This document shows positions 21,392-32,063 of a stretch of DNA of 64,000 nucleotides, in pieces. Origin of the DNA: Nitrosopumilus sp. (GTDB lineage: Archaea > Thermoproteota > Nitrososphaeria > Nitrososphaerales > Nitrosopumilaceae); contig OZ245040.1 in NCBI GenBank assembly GCA_965224195.1, positions 1,568,001-1,632,000 of the forward strand, read 5' to 3'. The notes beneath the pieces are model-generated. The model was given only the letters and a program-made list of their open reading frames with translations. It was not told the DNA's origin and made no database searches. The position numbers and the translations under genes were made by a program. Each line of letters begins with the position of its first letter. The stretch's first letter is position 1.

Positions 21392-22978
21392 TTATTTTAT
21401 TTGATTTTTCCTTATTGTTCTATTATATGCAACACCAAATCGGTGCGTTTCATCTCTAGCATATTGTAAAATTTTTAGAGATGATTTGTATTTTGGAATA
21501 ACTATAGGGTTTTTATTTTTAGGCAAATAGACTTCTTCATTTTCTTTTGCCAAAGAGATGCAAGGTAAATCCAACCCAAGTGATTCTAAAGACTTCATTG
21601 TAGAACTAAGCTGACCTTTACCTCCATCAATCACTATCAAGTCAGGAAGTTCAGCATTCTCTTCTAATAACCTATAATATCGTCTCTTGATAATCTCACC
21701 AATCATTGCAAAATCATCTCGCCCAGATACTGTTTTGATTTTAAATTTCCTATATCCAGATTTATTTGGAATACCACCAACAAATCTAGACATTGACCCC
21801 ACTGCAAAATCTTCCCCATGATTAGATATATCAAAACATTCAATGATGTTTGGAATGACAGGTAGACTAAGAATTTCTTTTAATTCAACTAATCCAGGAT
21901 CCCCTCCTTTGGAAAGTATTAATTTAATATTTTTTAAAATCAGATTAATAATATCTTTTTTCTTACCTTTTGAAGGACATAGAATTTGAACTTTAAGTCC
22001 TGATTGTTCAGAGAGTAATAATTCTAATAATTGTTTATTGTCAGGCAATTCACTAACCAAAATAAATTTTGGAATTTTATGTGTAGAATAATATTGATAT
22101 AAAAAATTTGAAAAAGAATTATCACCAACTAAATCAAAAAAGAACTTGTCACTATCTCTAATCACACCATTAATCATTCTAAAGTTCATAACAGTTGCAG
22201 ATTGTTCTTGAATACCCATTCCAAAATATTCTTCATCAGAGTTTTCAACATATTCCATTTTTTGTTTAGTTTGAAGACTTCCAAGCCTAACCAGGGTATC
22301 ACGAATGTCTTTTGCACGTTCAAATTGTTGTGATTCAGCAGCCTGTTGCATTTCTTCTTCTAATTTTTTTGTAAAAATTTTAGCATGGTTTTTACCTTTC
22401 AAAACATCCTGTAATGCATTCACATGTTTTGGATATCTTTCTTGAGCATCCTTAAATTCACAAGGCCCCTCACAGTTACCCAGATGATATTCTAAGCAGA
22501 CTTTTTTTGGAAGAGTTTTACAAATTCTGATTTGGAATGATTTTCTCAATGTACCAATGGTAAGTAATTTTGAACTACCTTGTGTAAAAGGACCAAAAGT
22601 TTTCCCCTTACCAAGAAATTTTCCATCTCTAGTTCTTCTTGAAACTAATAGTCTAGGAAATTTTTCATCAGATATTCTAAGGTATGTGTATCGTTGTTGA
22701 TCTTTTAATTCAATATTAAATCTTGGTCGATATTTTTTAATCATATTGGATTCTAAAAGAAATGCTTCACTTTCATTATCAGTTAAAACAAATTCAATTG
22801 AGAAAATGTTTTCAACAAGCTTTTGGGTTTTATAATTTTGATTTTTGTTAAAATACGATCTTACCCTATTTTTCAAATTTTTTGCTTTACCAATATAAAT
22901 AATTTTACCATCAGAATCTTTCATCAAATAGATTCCAGGATCAGTAGGGATAGTAATTTTAGAAATATCAAAAGTCAT
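21392..22978 (-). CDS. uvrC: Excinuclease ABC subunit C
   Basis: GIY-YIG (YIGKAKNLKNRVRSYF), ECFDIS and IDGGKGQ motifs. Ends without an obvious C-terminal HhH. Confidence 0.95.
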   Translation of the reverse strand: MTFDISKITIPTDPGIYLMKDSDGKIIYIGKAKNLKNRVRSYFNKNQNYKTQKLVENIFSIEFVLTDNESEAFLLESNMIKKYRPRFNIELKDQQRYTYLRISDEKFPRLLVSRRTRDGKFLGKGKTFGPFTQGSSKLLTIGTLRKSFQIRICKTLPKKVCLEYHLGNCEGPCEFKDAQERYPKHVNALQDVLKGKNHAKIFTKKLEEEMQQAAESQQFERAKDIRDTLVRLGSLQTKQKMEYVENSDEEYFGMGIQEQSATVMNFRMINGVIRDSDKFFFDLVGDNSFSNFLYQYYSTHKIPKFILVSELPDNKQLLELLLSEQSGLKVQILCPSKGKKKDIINLILKNIKLILSKGGDPGLVELKEILSLPVIPNIIECFDISNHGEDFAVGSMSRFVGGIPNKSGYRKFKIKTVSGRDDFAMIGEIIKRRYYRLLEENAELPDLIVIDGGKGQLSSTMKSLESLGLDLPCISLAKENEEVYLPKNKNPIVIPKYKSSLKILQYARDETHRFGVAYNRTIRKNQIK

Positions 22979-25794
22979 TTTTTTAACAATTTCTTCAAAT
23001 ACTTTCCAGTATAACTCCCAGGTGCTTTTGCAACATCTTTAGGAGTACCAACTGCAACTACTTTGCCACCTTCATCTCCACCCTCAGGTCCAAGATCAAT
23101 TAACCAATCAGAATTTTTGATTACATCCATGTTGTGCTCTATTACAACCACAGTGTTTCCCAAGTTCACTAAACGATTAAGAACATCTAGTAATTTTTGA
23201 ACATCTGCAAAATGTAAACCTGTTGTAGGCTCATCCAAAATGTATAGGGTTTTTCCAGTACCTCGTTTTGATAATTCAGATGCAAGTTTCACTCTTTGAG
23301 CCTCACCACCAGATAAAGTGGTGGATGATTGTCCAAGTTTGATATATTCCAATCCAACATCATACATAGTTTGCAATGTTCGTTTTATTCTAGGGATATT
23401 CTCAAAGAAATTTAATGCCTCATAAACAGTCATATCTAAAATATCAGAAATATTTTTTCCCTTATACAACACAGACAAAGTTTCAGTGTTGTATCTTTTT
23501 CCTTTACATTCATCACACTTTACATAGACATCAGATAAAAACTGCATTTCAATTTTCTTGACACCGTCACCATCACATGCAAAACACCTACCAACAGCAA
23601 CATTAAATGAAAATTGACCTGGTGCATATCCACGTTCTTTTGATAATGCAGTGTTTGCATAAAGTTCTCGAATAGGAGTGAAAGATCCAATGTAAGTTGC
23701 AGGGTTTGAACGTGGGGTTCTGCCAATAGGAGATTGGTCTATGGCAATTACTTTATCAATATTTTCTAAACCAATAATTTCCTTATGAACACCAGATCTA
23801 ACATTTGATTTGTAAAAATGATTTTCTAATGTTTTTAACAGAACATCATTAATCAGAGTAGATTTTCCAGAACCAGAAACTCCAGTTACAGAAACAAAAA
23901 AACCTAGAGGGATTTCAACATCAATAAATTTTAAATTATTTTCAGAGGCTTTCTTTATAACTATAGAACCTGAGCGATTACGAACTTTATCAGTCAAATT
24001 AATTAATGAATTATTTTTCAGATATCGACCAGTTATAGATTTTGTATCTTTAAGAATTTGATTTACAGTACCTTCAAAAACTACGTTTCCCCCATGTATG
24101 CCAGCACCTGGACCTAAATCTATCATCCAGTCTGAATTTCGTATAACTTCTTCGTCATGCTCTACAACAATGACTGTATTTCCCAGATTTCGTAGCTTAT
24201 TTAGCGTTTTAATGAGTCGGGTATTATCTCGCTGATGCAATCCAATTGTTGGCTCATCAAGCACATACAATACGCCAGTTAAATTAGAACCAATCTGAGT
24301 TGCCAATCTAATTCGTTGTGATTCACCACCAGATAAAGTAGAACTTAATCTATTCAAAGATAGATAATTTAATCCGACATTCATTAAAAATTCAAGACGT
24401 TCTTTAATTTCTTTTAGAACATCCCTTGCAATGTATTGTTCATTTTCAGTTAATTTTAGTGAAGAAAAGAAATCATAGCAATGATCAATAGACATATCAC
24501 ATACATCCATTATTCCTTTTTCGTTAATTTTAACAGCAAGAGATTCTGGTTTTAGTTTTTTACCATTGCATGAATTACAAGGAGTATCTCGCATGAATTG
24601 CTTTAACCATTCTCTTTTTGATTCAGAATCAGTCTCCATAAAAGTTCGTTGTAGATTAGATAAAACACCTTCAAACGCATTTGTAGATTGCCAAGAAGAA
24701 TCTCCAGATTTTGAACGATATGTGAAATCAATTAAATCATCTGTACCATTTAAAATTATTTTAAGATGTTTTGGTTTTATTTTATCAAAAGGAGTCATCA
24801 AATCAAACCCAAATTTTTTACCCACTGCTCTTAATGCTTGACGTCTAAATACAGAAAATCGTCCACTCCAAGGAACAATTGCACCATCCAAAATAGATTT
24901 AGTTTTATCAGGTACAACTAAATCTTCATCAAACTCCATCTTTACTCCCAAACCATTACATGTTTTACACATACCAAAAGGAGAATTAAATGAAAAAGAT
25001 CTTGGCTCTAATTCACCTACGGTTAATCCACAATAAGGACATGCATTGTTTTGTGAGAAAATCTTTTCTGATTTCTCAGTTGCAATCATAACATCGCCTT
25101 TGGACGCATTGATTGCAGTCTGTATGGCTTCAAAGAGCCTGGATCTCTCAGATTTTTCAATGGTGATTCTATCAACTACAATCTCAATATTGTGCCATTT
25201 TTGTCTATCAAGAGTGGGAATATCATCATCCAGGCTCAGAATTTCACCATTTAAGCGTATTCTAGAATATCCATCCTTTTTGATTTGTTCGAATAATTTC
25301 TCATACGTTCCCTTTTTTCTCTGAACCATAGGGGCCAAAACAAAAATTTTTTTCCCTAAAAAATCTTTGAGAACAGAATCACATATTCGTTCTATTGATT
25401 GGGTTGACACTTTACGTCCACAATTAGTACAATAAGGAATACCAATTCGGGCAAATAATAATCTCATATAATCATAAATTTCCGTAGTAGTTCCAACTGT
25501 AGAACGCGGATTTTTACTTGTAGTTTTTTGTTGTATCGCAATTGCAGGGGAAAGCCCTTCAATTGAATCAACATCAGGTTTATCCATCATGTCTAAAAAT
25601 TGACGAGCGTATGCAGAAAGAGATTCTACATATCTTCTCTGACCTTCAGCATAGATTGTATCAAATGCCAAAGTAGATTTTCCAGAACCAGACAATCCAC
25701 TAATTACAACCAATTTATTTTTTGGAATATCAATGTCTAAATTTTTTAGATTATGATGTCGTGCACCTCTAATTTTTAATTTATTTTCGGTCAT
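22975..25794 (-). CDS. uvrA: Excinuclease ABC subunit A
   Basis: GARHHNLKN, GLSGSGKS, two LSGGE signatures, zinc fingers. Confidence 0.98.
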   Translation of the reverse strand: MTENKLKIRGARHHNLKNLDIDIPKNKLVVISGLSGSGKSTLAFDTIYAEGQRRYVESLSAYARQFLDMMDKPDVDSIEGLSPAIAIQQKTTSKNPRSTVGTTTEIYDYMRLLFARIGIPYCTNCGRKVSTQSIERICDSVLKDFLGKKIFVLAPMVQRKKGTYEKLFEQIKKDGYSRIRLNGEILSLDDDIPTLDRQKWHNIEIVVDRITIEKSERSRLFEAIQTAINASKGDVMIATEKSEKIFSQNNACPYCGLTVGELEPRSFSFNSPFGMCKTCNGLGVKMEFDEDLVVPDKTKSILDGAIVPWSGRFSVFRRQALRAVGKKFGFDLMTPFDKIKPKHLKIILNGTDDLIDFTYRSKSGDSSWQSTNAFEGVLSNLQRTFMETDSESKREWLKQFMRDTPCNSCNGKKLKPESLAVKINEKGIMDVCDMSIDHCYDFFSSLKLTENEQYIARDVLKEIKERLEFLMNVGLNYLSLNRLSSTLSGGESQRIRLATQIGSNLTGVLYVLDEPTIGLHQRDNTRLIKTLNKLRNLGNTVIVVEHDEEVIRNSDWMIDLGPGAGIHGGNVVFEGTVNQILKDTKSITGRYLKNNSLINLTDKVRNRSGSIVIKKASENNLKFIDVEIPLGFFVSVTGVSGSGKSTLINDVLLKTLENHFYKSNVRSGVHKEIIGLENIDKVIAIDQSPIGRTPRSNPATYIGSFTPIRELYANTALSKERGYAPGQFSFNVAVGRCFACDGDGVKKIEMQFLSDVYVKCDECKGKRYNTETLSVLYKGKNISDILDMTVYEALNFFENIPRIKRTLQTMYDVGLEYIKLGQSSTTLSGGEAQRVKLASELSKRGTGKTLYILDEPTTGLHFADVQKLLDVLNRLVNLGNTVVVIEHNMDVIKNSDWLIDLGPEGGDEGGKVVAVGTPKDVAKAPGSYTGKYLKKLLKK

Positions 25795-27736
25795 TTTTAT
25801 ATTCAATCTCCTTTTCCAGTCTTTTTATTCTATCTCGACATTCAATCGCACGTTCAAAATCTAACTCTTCAGAATATTTTTTCATTTGAGCATCCAAATC
25901 TATGATTTCAGTAGTAAGATCATGCGTAGATTTTAGTTTAGAATCATCTAATGCAACTTCTTGAATTGGAACAGATTTGATAATTGTTTTAGGGGCAATA
26001 TTGTGATCTTTGTTATATTGAATTTGTTTTTCTCTACGACGTTTAGTTTCACTCATAGTATTTTTCATAGATTGCGTTGTTTTATCAGCATACATTATGA
26101 CAGTCCCATTCACATTTCTTGCAGCTCGACCACATGTTTGAATCAAACTTGTAAAATTCCTCAAAAACCCTTCTTTGTCAGCATCTAAAATTGCAACTAG
26201 AGAAACTTCTGGAAGATCCAACCCTTCTCTGAGAAGATTAATGCCAACAAGAACATCAAATTCACCCAATCGTAATTGCCTAAGTATCTCAGTTCTCTGC
26301 AATCCCTCGATTTCTGAATGCATGTATCTAACTCTAACATGTTTTTTTGAAAGATACTCAGCCAAATCTTCAGCCATCCTCTTAGTCAAAGTAGTGACTA
26401 AAACTCGTTCAGAATTAGCAGATCTTTTGTTAATTTCCCGGATTAGATCATCCATCTGGTTTTTTGTAGACCTAATCTCAACTTGAGGGTCAAGTAAGCC
26501 AGTAGGCCTTACAAGTTGCTCAACAATTTGAGATGAAATTTTTTTCTCATATTCAGAAGGAGTGGCTGAAACAAAAACTGTATTTTGTATGTATTCTTCA
26601 AATTCTTCAAATTTTAGGGGACGGTTATCAAGCGCACTAGGTAGCCTAAACCCATATGTAATTAGTTCATTTTTTCTTGAGCGGTCACCCTTGTACATTC
26701 CGTGAAGCTGAGGCAATGTAACATGAGACTCATCAATTACTAATAGATAGTCATCACCAAAAAAATCCATCAAACAAAATGCTTTTTCACCGGCTTTTCG
26801 TCCATCAAAATGTCTAGAGTAATTTTCAATTCCAGAACAATATCCCAATTCTTCAATCATTTCCAAATCATATTTTGTCCTCATCTCAAGTCTTTGTTTT
26901 TCTAATTCATTTAATTCAGGCAATCGTTTTTTTAATTCATCTCTAATTGATTTAACAGCTTTTTTACGAACATCTTTTGCAATAAGATAGTGTTTTGCAG
27001 GATAAATTTTCATTTGCGATACTTTCTTTTTTTCTTTCAAGGAAATATGATCTAAAATAGTTATTTTTTCTACCTCATCTCCAAACATAGAGATTCTAAC
27101 TAAATCTTCAGAATATGCAGGAGTAACATCAATGGTGTCACCTTTAACTCTAAAATTTCCAGGTGCTATTTCAATATCATTTCGTTCATACCTTGCATCT
27201 ACAAATCTTCGAATTATCTCACTTCTTTTAATTTCATCACCCGTGTTAATTATAACAGCTAAATCTCCCCAATCCTTTGGATTACCAAGAGAATAGATGC
27301 AAGATACTGTGGATACAATAATTGTAGGTTCTCCTGAAAGCAGCATTGCAGTTGCCTCTAATCTCATCTTTTCTATTTTTTCATTAATTTGAGTATCTTT
27401 TTCTATGTAGGTATCAGTTTGTGGAAGATAACTTTCCGGTTGATAATAATCATAATAGGATACAAAATAACCAACATTGTTTTTTGGAAAAAATTGTTTT
27501 AATTCAGAATAAAGTTGTGCTGCAAGAGTTTTGTTATGAGAAATCACAAGTGTGTGTTTTCCAGTTCTTGCAATTACATTTGCTACAGAAAACGTCTTTC
27601 CACTTCCCGTCACCCCAAGTAATGTTTGAACGGTTCCTTTCTTCACACCTTTTACCAAAGAATCAATTGCTTGAGGTTGATCGCCTGTAGGCACATAATC
27701 AGATGATAATTCAAAGTGGGATATTTGTTCCAACAT
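25781..27736 (-). CDS. uvrB: Excinuclease ABC subunit B
   Basis: GDQPQAI, LLGVTGSGKT, YYDYYQPE and DESH motifs. Confidence 0.98.
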   Translation of the reverse strand: MLEQISHFELSSDYVPTGDQPQAIDSLVKGVKKGTVQTLLGVTGSGKTFSVANVIARTGKHTLVISHNKTLAAQLYSELKQFFPKNNVGYFVSYYDYYQPESYLPQTDTYIEKDTQINEKIEKMRLEATAMLLSGEPTIIVSTVSCIYSLGNPKDWGDLAVIINTGDEIKRSEIIRRFVDARYERNDIEIAPGNFRVKGDTIDVTPAYSEDLVRISMFGDEVEKITILDHISLKEKKKVSQMKIYPAKHYLIAKDVRKKAVKSIRDELKKRLPELNELEKQRLEMRTKYDLEMIEELGYCSGIENYSRHFDGRKAGEKAFCLMDFFGDDYLLVIDESHVTLPQLHGMYKGDRSRKNELITYGFRLPSALDNRPLKFEEFEEYIQNTVFVSATPSEYEKKISSQIVEQLVRPTGLLDPQVEIRSTKNQMDDLIREINKRSANSERVLVTTLTKRMAEDLAEYLSKKHVRVRYMHSEIEGLQRTEILRQLRLGEFDVLVGINLLREGLDLPEVSLVAILDADKEGFLRNFTSLIQTCGRAARNVNGTVIMYADKTTQSMKNTMSETKRRREKQIQYNKDHNIAPKTIIKSVPIQEVALDDSKLKSTHDLTTEIIDLDAQMKKYSEELDFERAIECRDRIKRLEKEIEYKNDRK

Positions 27737-28031
27737 ATCCAATCCCTGAAAACTGAACTTATAGCTAACGCTTTCCAAATAAGAGCAACAAGTCAAGAAT
27801 ATATCAAATTTAGGAATTTTGAAAAAATGTTATATTTTAATAATTCAATAAAAAATTCAGTTGGCAACAGAAAAGGATGCTAAAAAAGACCTCAAAGAAA
27901 CACAGAAGAGGTAATGATGGACTTGGCATTAAAAACAAACACATTTCTTGAAAAATTAAAGACTGAGACTAGAAAGAACAGAGTCCAAATATAGTATGAA
28001 ATAATTCCAATGAATTAGATAAATTCCATAA

Positions 28032-28664
28032 TTACCATAAAGGCTCATCAATCATCTTTAAACCAGATTCAGTTACCTCAAAACCCATAATTTTTAAAGT
28101 TTCAATAGCAGATGGGGAATTTTTCTGTAGAATTTTTTGTGCCAAATCTAATCGGTTTTCAGGCCTCATATGTTGACCAATTTTGTATTTACCATGCAAT
28201 GTTTGAGGAGTTACTTTGATTACGCTTACAGCATCCAATACACGCATTTCAGATTGTATAGGATCATACTGGCCTTCAGGTTGATATTTTTCCATCAAAC
28301 TATTTAGTGCAAGAGTTTTTTCTTCTCTATCAGATACAAAAGAAGCAATGCCTTTGATTACAACACTGATGTATAATGTATCAGCTAAAGACGCATTGCG
28401 TGGATCTTCAAAATAAGATGGTAAAAATTCTAGTTCCCGGTCAGCTTCAAATCCAACTTTATTGTTTCTTGCAATATTATTCAATTTCTCACCTTTCACA
28501 TGAGAATGCATGTAAACTGCATCGTTAAGAAATACAAAATTCATTGGAATTATTTGTGGAAACCCATCCTCATCAATGCTTGCTACCCGTCCAACATGTT
28601 CTTCATGCAAAAATTCTTTTACTTTTTCATATGATTTAATTTGAAGAATTCCAGTTAACTGCAT
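28032..28664 (-). CDS. Pyridoxamine 5'-phosphate oxidase-like flavin-binding protein
   Basis: GRVAS..DGFP.IIPMNF...GEKL..I..N.KVGFE. Confidence 0.8.
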   Translation of the reverse strand: MQLTGILQIKSYEKVKEFLHEEHVGRVASIDEDGFPQIIPMNFVFLNDAVYMHSHVKGEKLNNIARNNKVGFEADRELEFLPSYFEDPRNASLADTLYISVVIKGIASFVSDREEKTLALNSLMEKYQPEGQYDPIQSEMRVLDAVSVIKVTPQTLHGKYKIGQHMRPENRLDLAQKILQKNSPSAIETLKIMGFEVTESGLKMIDEPLW

Positions 28665-28740
28665 AATTTAATTCAGTAAAATAATATTATAAATCCAGAG
28701 CATAGAAATCCCTAAAATACAAGGTAAATAAAAAATCATC

Positions 28741-28959
28741 ATGGATGATCCATATCTTAATGAATTAAGAGGTGATTTTCAAAGATATTCCAATCAATTA
28801 AAAAAATTAAAAACAAAATTATTAAAATCAAATTCCCCAGATTTACAGGCAAAAATCATCAAACAAATTGATTCCATAGCAAACAAGATGGAGAATAATC
28901 AAAAACAATCAGTAAAAGTAACAAAATCTAGAATTAAAGAACTAAAATCAAAAAAATAG
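28741..28959 (+). CDS. Small basic coiled-coil hypothetical protein
   Basis: 72-aa ORF. Confidence 0.6.
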   Translation: MDDPYLNELRGDFQRYSNQLKKLKTKLLKSNSPDLQAKIIKQIDSIANKMENNQKQSVKVTKSRIKELKSKK

Positions 28960-29168
28960 ATTCAATCTTCTTCATCTAATTCTTTGGCCATAGCCTTAAT
29001 TTCCAAAATTCTACATTCTAATTCATTGCATTCTGTTTTGAATTCTGTGCCCATAGGGTATCATTACAAAAATAATCAAAAACAAATAACATCCTAAAAC
29101 TTGACTTTTTTCATCCAAATTCTTCATTAATGTAAATTCCTAAATTTAGGATTAATTCAACGTATGAA

Positions 29169-29582
29169 ATGAGCGAAGTTGATGAAGAACGAGAAGAAGC
29201 AGTCAAGGTAACTTTGAATCTTTTAGAAGAATGGGGTTCTGCATCAAAATTCATCTGGTTTAGAGAATTACATAGAATTACAGACATTGACAAAGGATTG
29301 CTTCGAAATATCCTCAATGAATTAAAAAAATCAAAAGAAGTCAAAGAGATGCATGGAACCAATAATAGAATATTTTTTTGCCTCAAAAGATATTACATCA
29401 AATGTAGAGATGTAGAGTTTAGATTCAAAGGTAAACAAATTATGTTAAAGGATGGAAGTAAAACAAAAATCATTCAAGGTTCAACTAATGCAACAGAACG
29501 AACTAGAAAAAGAATAGAAAAGCAAAAAAACAGACATAATTCAAAAGCAACTACAAAAAGAAAAAGACCACATAAATCATAG
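29169..29582 (+). CDS. Hypothetical protein, possible wHTH
   Basis: FRELHRITDIDKGLLRNILNEL HTH-like segment. Confidence 0.55.
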   Translation: MSEVDEEREEAVKVTLNLLEEWGSASKFIWFRELHRITDIDKGLLRNILNELKKSKEVKEMHGTNNRIFFCLKRYYIKCRDVEFRFKGKQIMLKDGSKTKIIQGSTNATERTRKRIEKQKNRHNSKATTKRKRPHKS

Positions 29583-29810
29583 AGAGTCTTCAGATTGACG
29601 TCTTGAAAAATTTGATTCTGCATGTTTTAGTTTAGCAGATTCTGCCACATCTTCAGTCATATCATAAAGATTATGTAATTCCATATCAGGAGTTAATTCA
29701 TCTTCCTTTTCATCATCTAAATCATACTCTAGATTTGCTAAAATGTCAACATTTTCTTCTAAAATATCAAGACATTTTTTTACAGATTCAGGAAGGTCTT
29801 CATCCATCAT
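29577..29810 (-). CDS. Small acidic hypothetical protein
   Basis: 77-aa ORF. Confidence 0.55.
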   Translation of the reverse strand: MMDEDLPESVKKCLDILEENVDILANLEYDLDDEKEDELTPDMELHNLYDMTEDVAESAKLKHAESNFSRRQSEDSL

Positions 29811-29866
29811 AGTATCTAGAACATAGTAAACTAAATGATTTGCTGTATGTTATAGTAAAGAACGTC

Positions 29867-30973
29867 TTATTGTTTGGCTATTTCTCTGAGTTTTGGCATT
29901 ACATGAGTTGCAAATTTGTCAATAGAGCCAAAGTAGTTCTTACCCCAAAATCTAATTACAAAGTGATTGACACCAGCTTTCATAAATTCCTCAAATACTG
30001 GAATTATGTCTTCAGGAGTACCAAGTGCAATTGAAGAACGGGCAACATCATCAGGCATCTTAGTTGCAGCCTCTCTCATCTTTACAATCCAAGATTGGTC
30101 GGACATTGAATATTCTGTAAAGTATTTTACAAAATCAAATCCCTCTATTTCTTTTAAGCCGTGAACTCTCAAAATTTCAGGCTTGAATAAACTAACTTTT
30201 ACTGCTTCTTTCATTTTAGCCCATGATTGTTCTGCATCTTCTGAAAAGTACACATCAATATCAAGTGCAAATTGAAAGTTGTCTTTTTCTTCTTGTGTTC
30301 TATTATTTTCATCCATTGATTTTTCAATTTGCGCTTTATGATCTGCAAAAAGTGGCGGAGTATAACCAATGGGTAGCCAACCATCACCTAATTTTCCAGT
30401 CATTGCAAGTGTACGTTTACCACCTGCTGCCATGTATGTTGGTGGATGTGGTTTTCTAATTGGTGGTGCTTGCAAACATGCACCTTCTAATTTGTAATAT
30501 TTACCATCATAGCTAACTGTGTTATCAGGAGTGGATTCATATAATTTATGAATAACTTGAATTTGTTCTTCCCATTTTGAAACTGGTTTCTCAAACGGAA
30601 TACAAAATTCTTTTAGATTTTGTGCCTCACCTGCACCAATACCGAGAATAGCTCTACCTTTTGAAATTCTATCAAGAGAAATTGTAGCTAGAGCAATATT
30701 TGAGGGGTGTCTTCTAATTGCATCAGTCACACACGTACCAATCTCAACATTCTGTGTAACTGCAGCAATTGCAGACAACATAACCCATGGATCTAATACA
30801 ATGGCATTTTTCCATTGTGGGACATTTGTGTGGTCCATATAGAAAATAGAATCATAACCAGTTTTATCAGCAAGTATACAAGCTGTTAAAATTTGGTCTT
30901 CAGAATAACCAGCTCTTGCCACATTTAGTCCGTTTTGAATACCAAATTTGAGTTGTTTTGAAGCCAAGTACAT
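29867..30973 (-). CDS. LLM-class (luciferase-like) flavin/F420-dependent oxidoreductase
   Basis: DPWVMLSAIAAVT..VEIGTCVT, LDRISKGRAILGIGAG and GDGWLP motifs. Confidence 0.9.
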   Translation of the reverse strand: MYLASKQLKFGIQNGLNVARAGYSEDQILTACILADKTGYDSIFYMDHTNVPQWKNAIVLDPWVMLSAIAAVTQNVEIGTCVTDAIRRHPSNIALATISLDRISKGRAILGIGAGEAQNLKEFCIPFEKPVSKWEEQIQVIHKLYESTPDNTVSYDGKYYKLEGACLQAPPIRKPHPPTYMAAGGKRTLAMTGKLGDGWLPIGYTPPLFADHKAQIEKSMDENNRTQEEKDNFQFALDIDVYFSEDAEQSWAKMKEAVKVSLFKPEILRVHGLKEIEGFDFVKYFTEYSMSDQSWIVKMREAATKMPDDVARSSIALGTPEDIIPVFEEFMKAGVNHFVIRFWGKNYFGSIDKFATHVMPKLREIAKQ

Positions 30974-31066
30974 TTACGTCAGATTATTAGAATAAAAAGT
31001 TTCATCAAGCTGCCAATTTCGCACTATATCAAGAAAATAGAAAAAAAGTAAAAAATATTGAATTTT

Positions 31067-32011
31067 TTACAAATTACCTGCGTTGATATCTTCAAGACAC
31101 TTTACGACATCATCTTTTGATATTGGAATTGGGTTTGGATCCAAATGTCCTCTATCTGTCATTACAGTGTCTGCAGCTTCTGAAATATCAGCTTTGAGTT
31201 CTAGTTTATCAAAGCCTAATTTTTCCATAGCCTCTTTGAATCTATCATAAAAGATTGATTTGTTATGCTTGTGTGCAACTGTAGTGCATGAAGATAATGA
31301 AAATCCATGCGGTACACCCTCATTTGAGAACACATAGGACAATGCATGTCCTAGAGTTGTAGAGCAATTCCCAAATCCCATTCCAGACAACATTGATCCA
31401 TAAGGATAGTTTTCTGGTTTGTCATTCATAATTGCATCATACAGAATATCAAATGCTTGTTTGCATAGAGTTCTTGTCAAGTCATTGCCGAGTTTGCTAT
31501 CATAGCCTTCGGTTGCTTGAGCACATGCATCACAGACAGAATTTTTCAAAACCTGTTCTGGAGTGCCATCCATAAAGTATGAATCGACTACAGCCATGTC
31601 AGCTAAAAATTTGTCTTCACGTAACAATTTCTTTTTACCATCAAATTTCAGAACGCAATAAGTTGTCATTTCAGCTCCAGTTCCAAATGTTGTTGGAATT
31701 AAGATTTTTTCTTTTTTCATCTCAGGTGCAGCATATTTTACTACATCCATTGAACTTCCTCCACCAAGTCCAATTAGACATGATGGGTTTTTGTCTTTGA
31801 ATTGTGAAATAACAGTATTGACATCGTCAATTGATGGTTCAGGTTTTACTTGGTCATACAACATGTAATCCTGGATACCCATTTTTGCCAACCATTTATC
31901 AGATAGTGCTGGCGGAACGGTTGTGACAACTAGGGCATTTTTTGGATACTCTGTTTCACCAAGTGCATTTTCTCCAAAGTTGATAACCTTTGGAATGCGT
32001 ACTGTTTGCAT
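31067..32011 (-). CDS. Iron-containing alcohol dehydrogenase; candidate malonic semialdehyde reductase of the 3HP/4HB cycle
   Basis: GLGGGSSMD, IPTTFGTGAEMT and GHALSY...HG motifs. The specific function is inferred from recalled N. maritimus gene order and is not verified. Confidence 0.8.
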   Translation of the reverse strand: MQTVRIPKVINFGENALGETEYPKNALVVTTVPPALSDKWLAKMGIQDYMLYDQVKPEPSIDDVNTVISQFKDKNPSCLIGLGGGSSMDVVKYAAPEMKKEKILIPTTFGTGAEMTTYCVLKFDGKKKLLREDKFLADMAVVDSYFMDGTPEQVLKNSVCDACAQATEGYDSKLGNDLTRTLCKQAFDILYDAIMNDKPENYPYGSMLSGMGFGNCSTTLGHALSYVFSNEGVPHGFSLSSCTTVAHKHNKSIFYDRFKEAMEKLGFDKLELKADISEAADTVMTDRGHLDPNPIPISKDDVVKCLEDINAGNL

Positions 32012-32063
32012 AAATCAAAGGCATCATTGATTATTATTATATCTTACATTACATAGGGACATC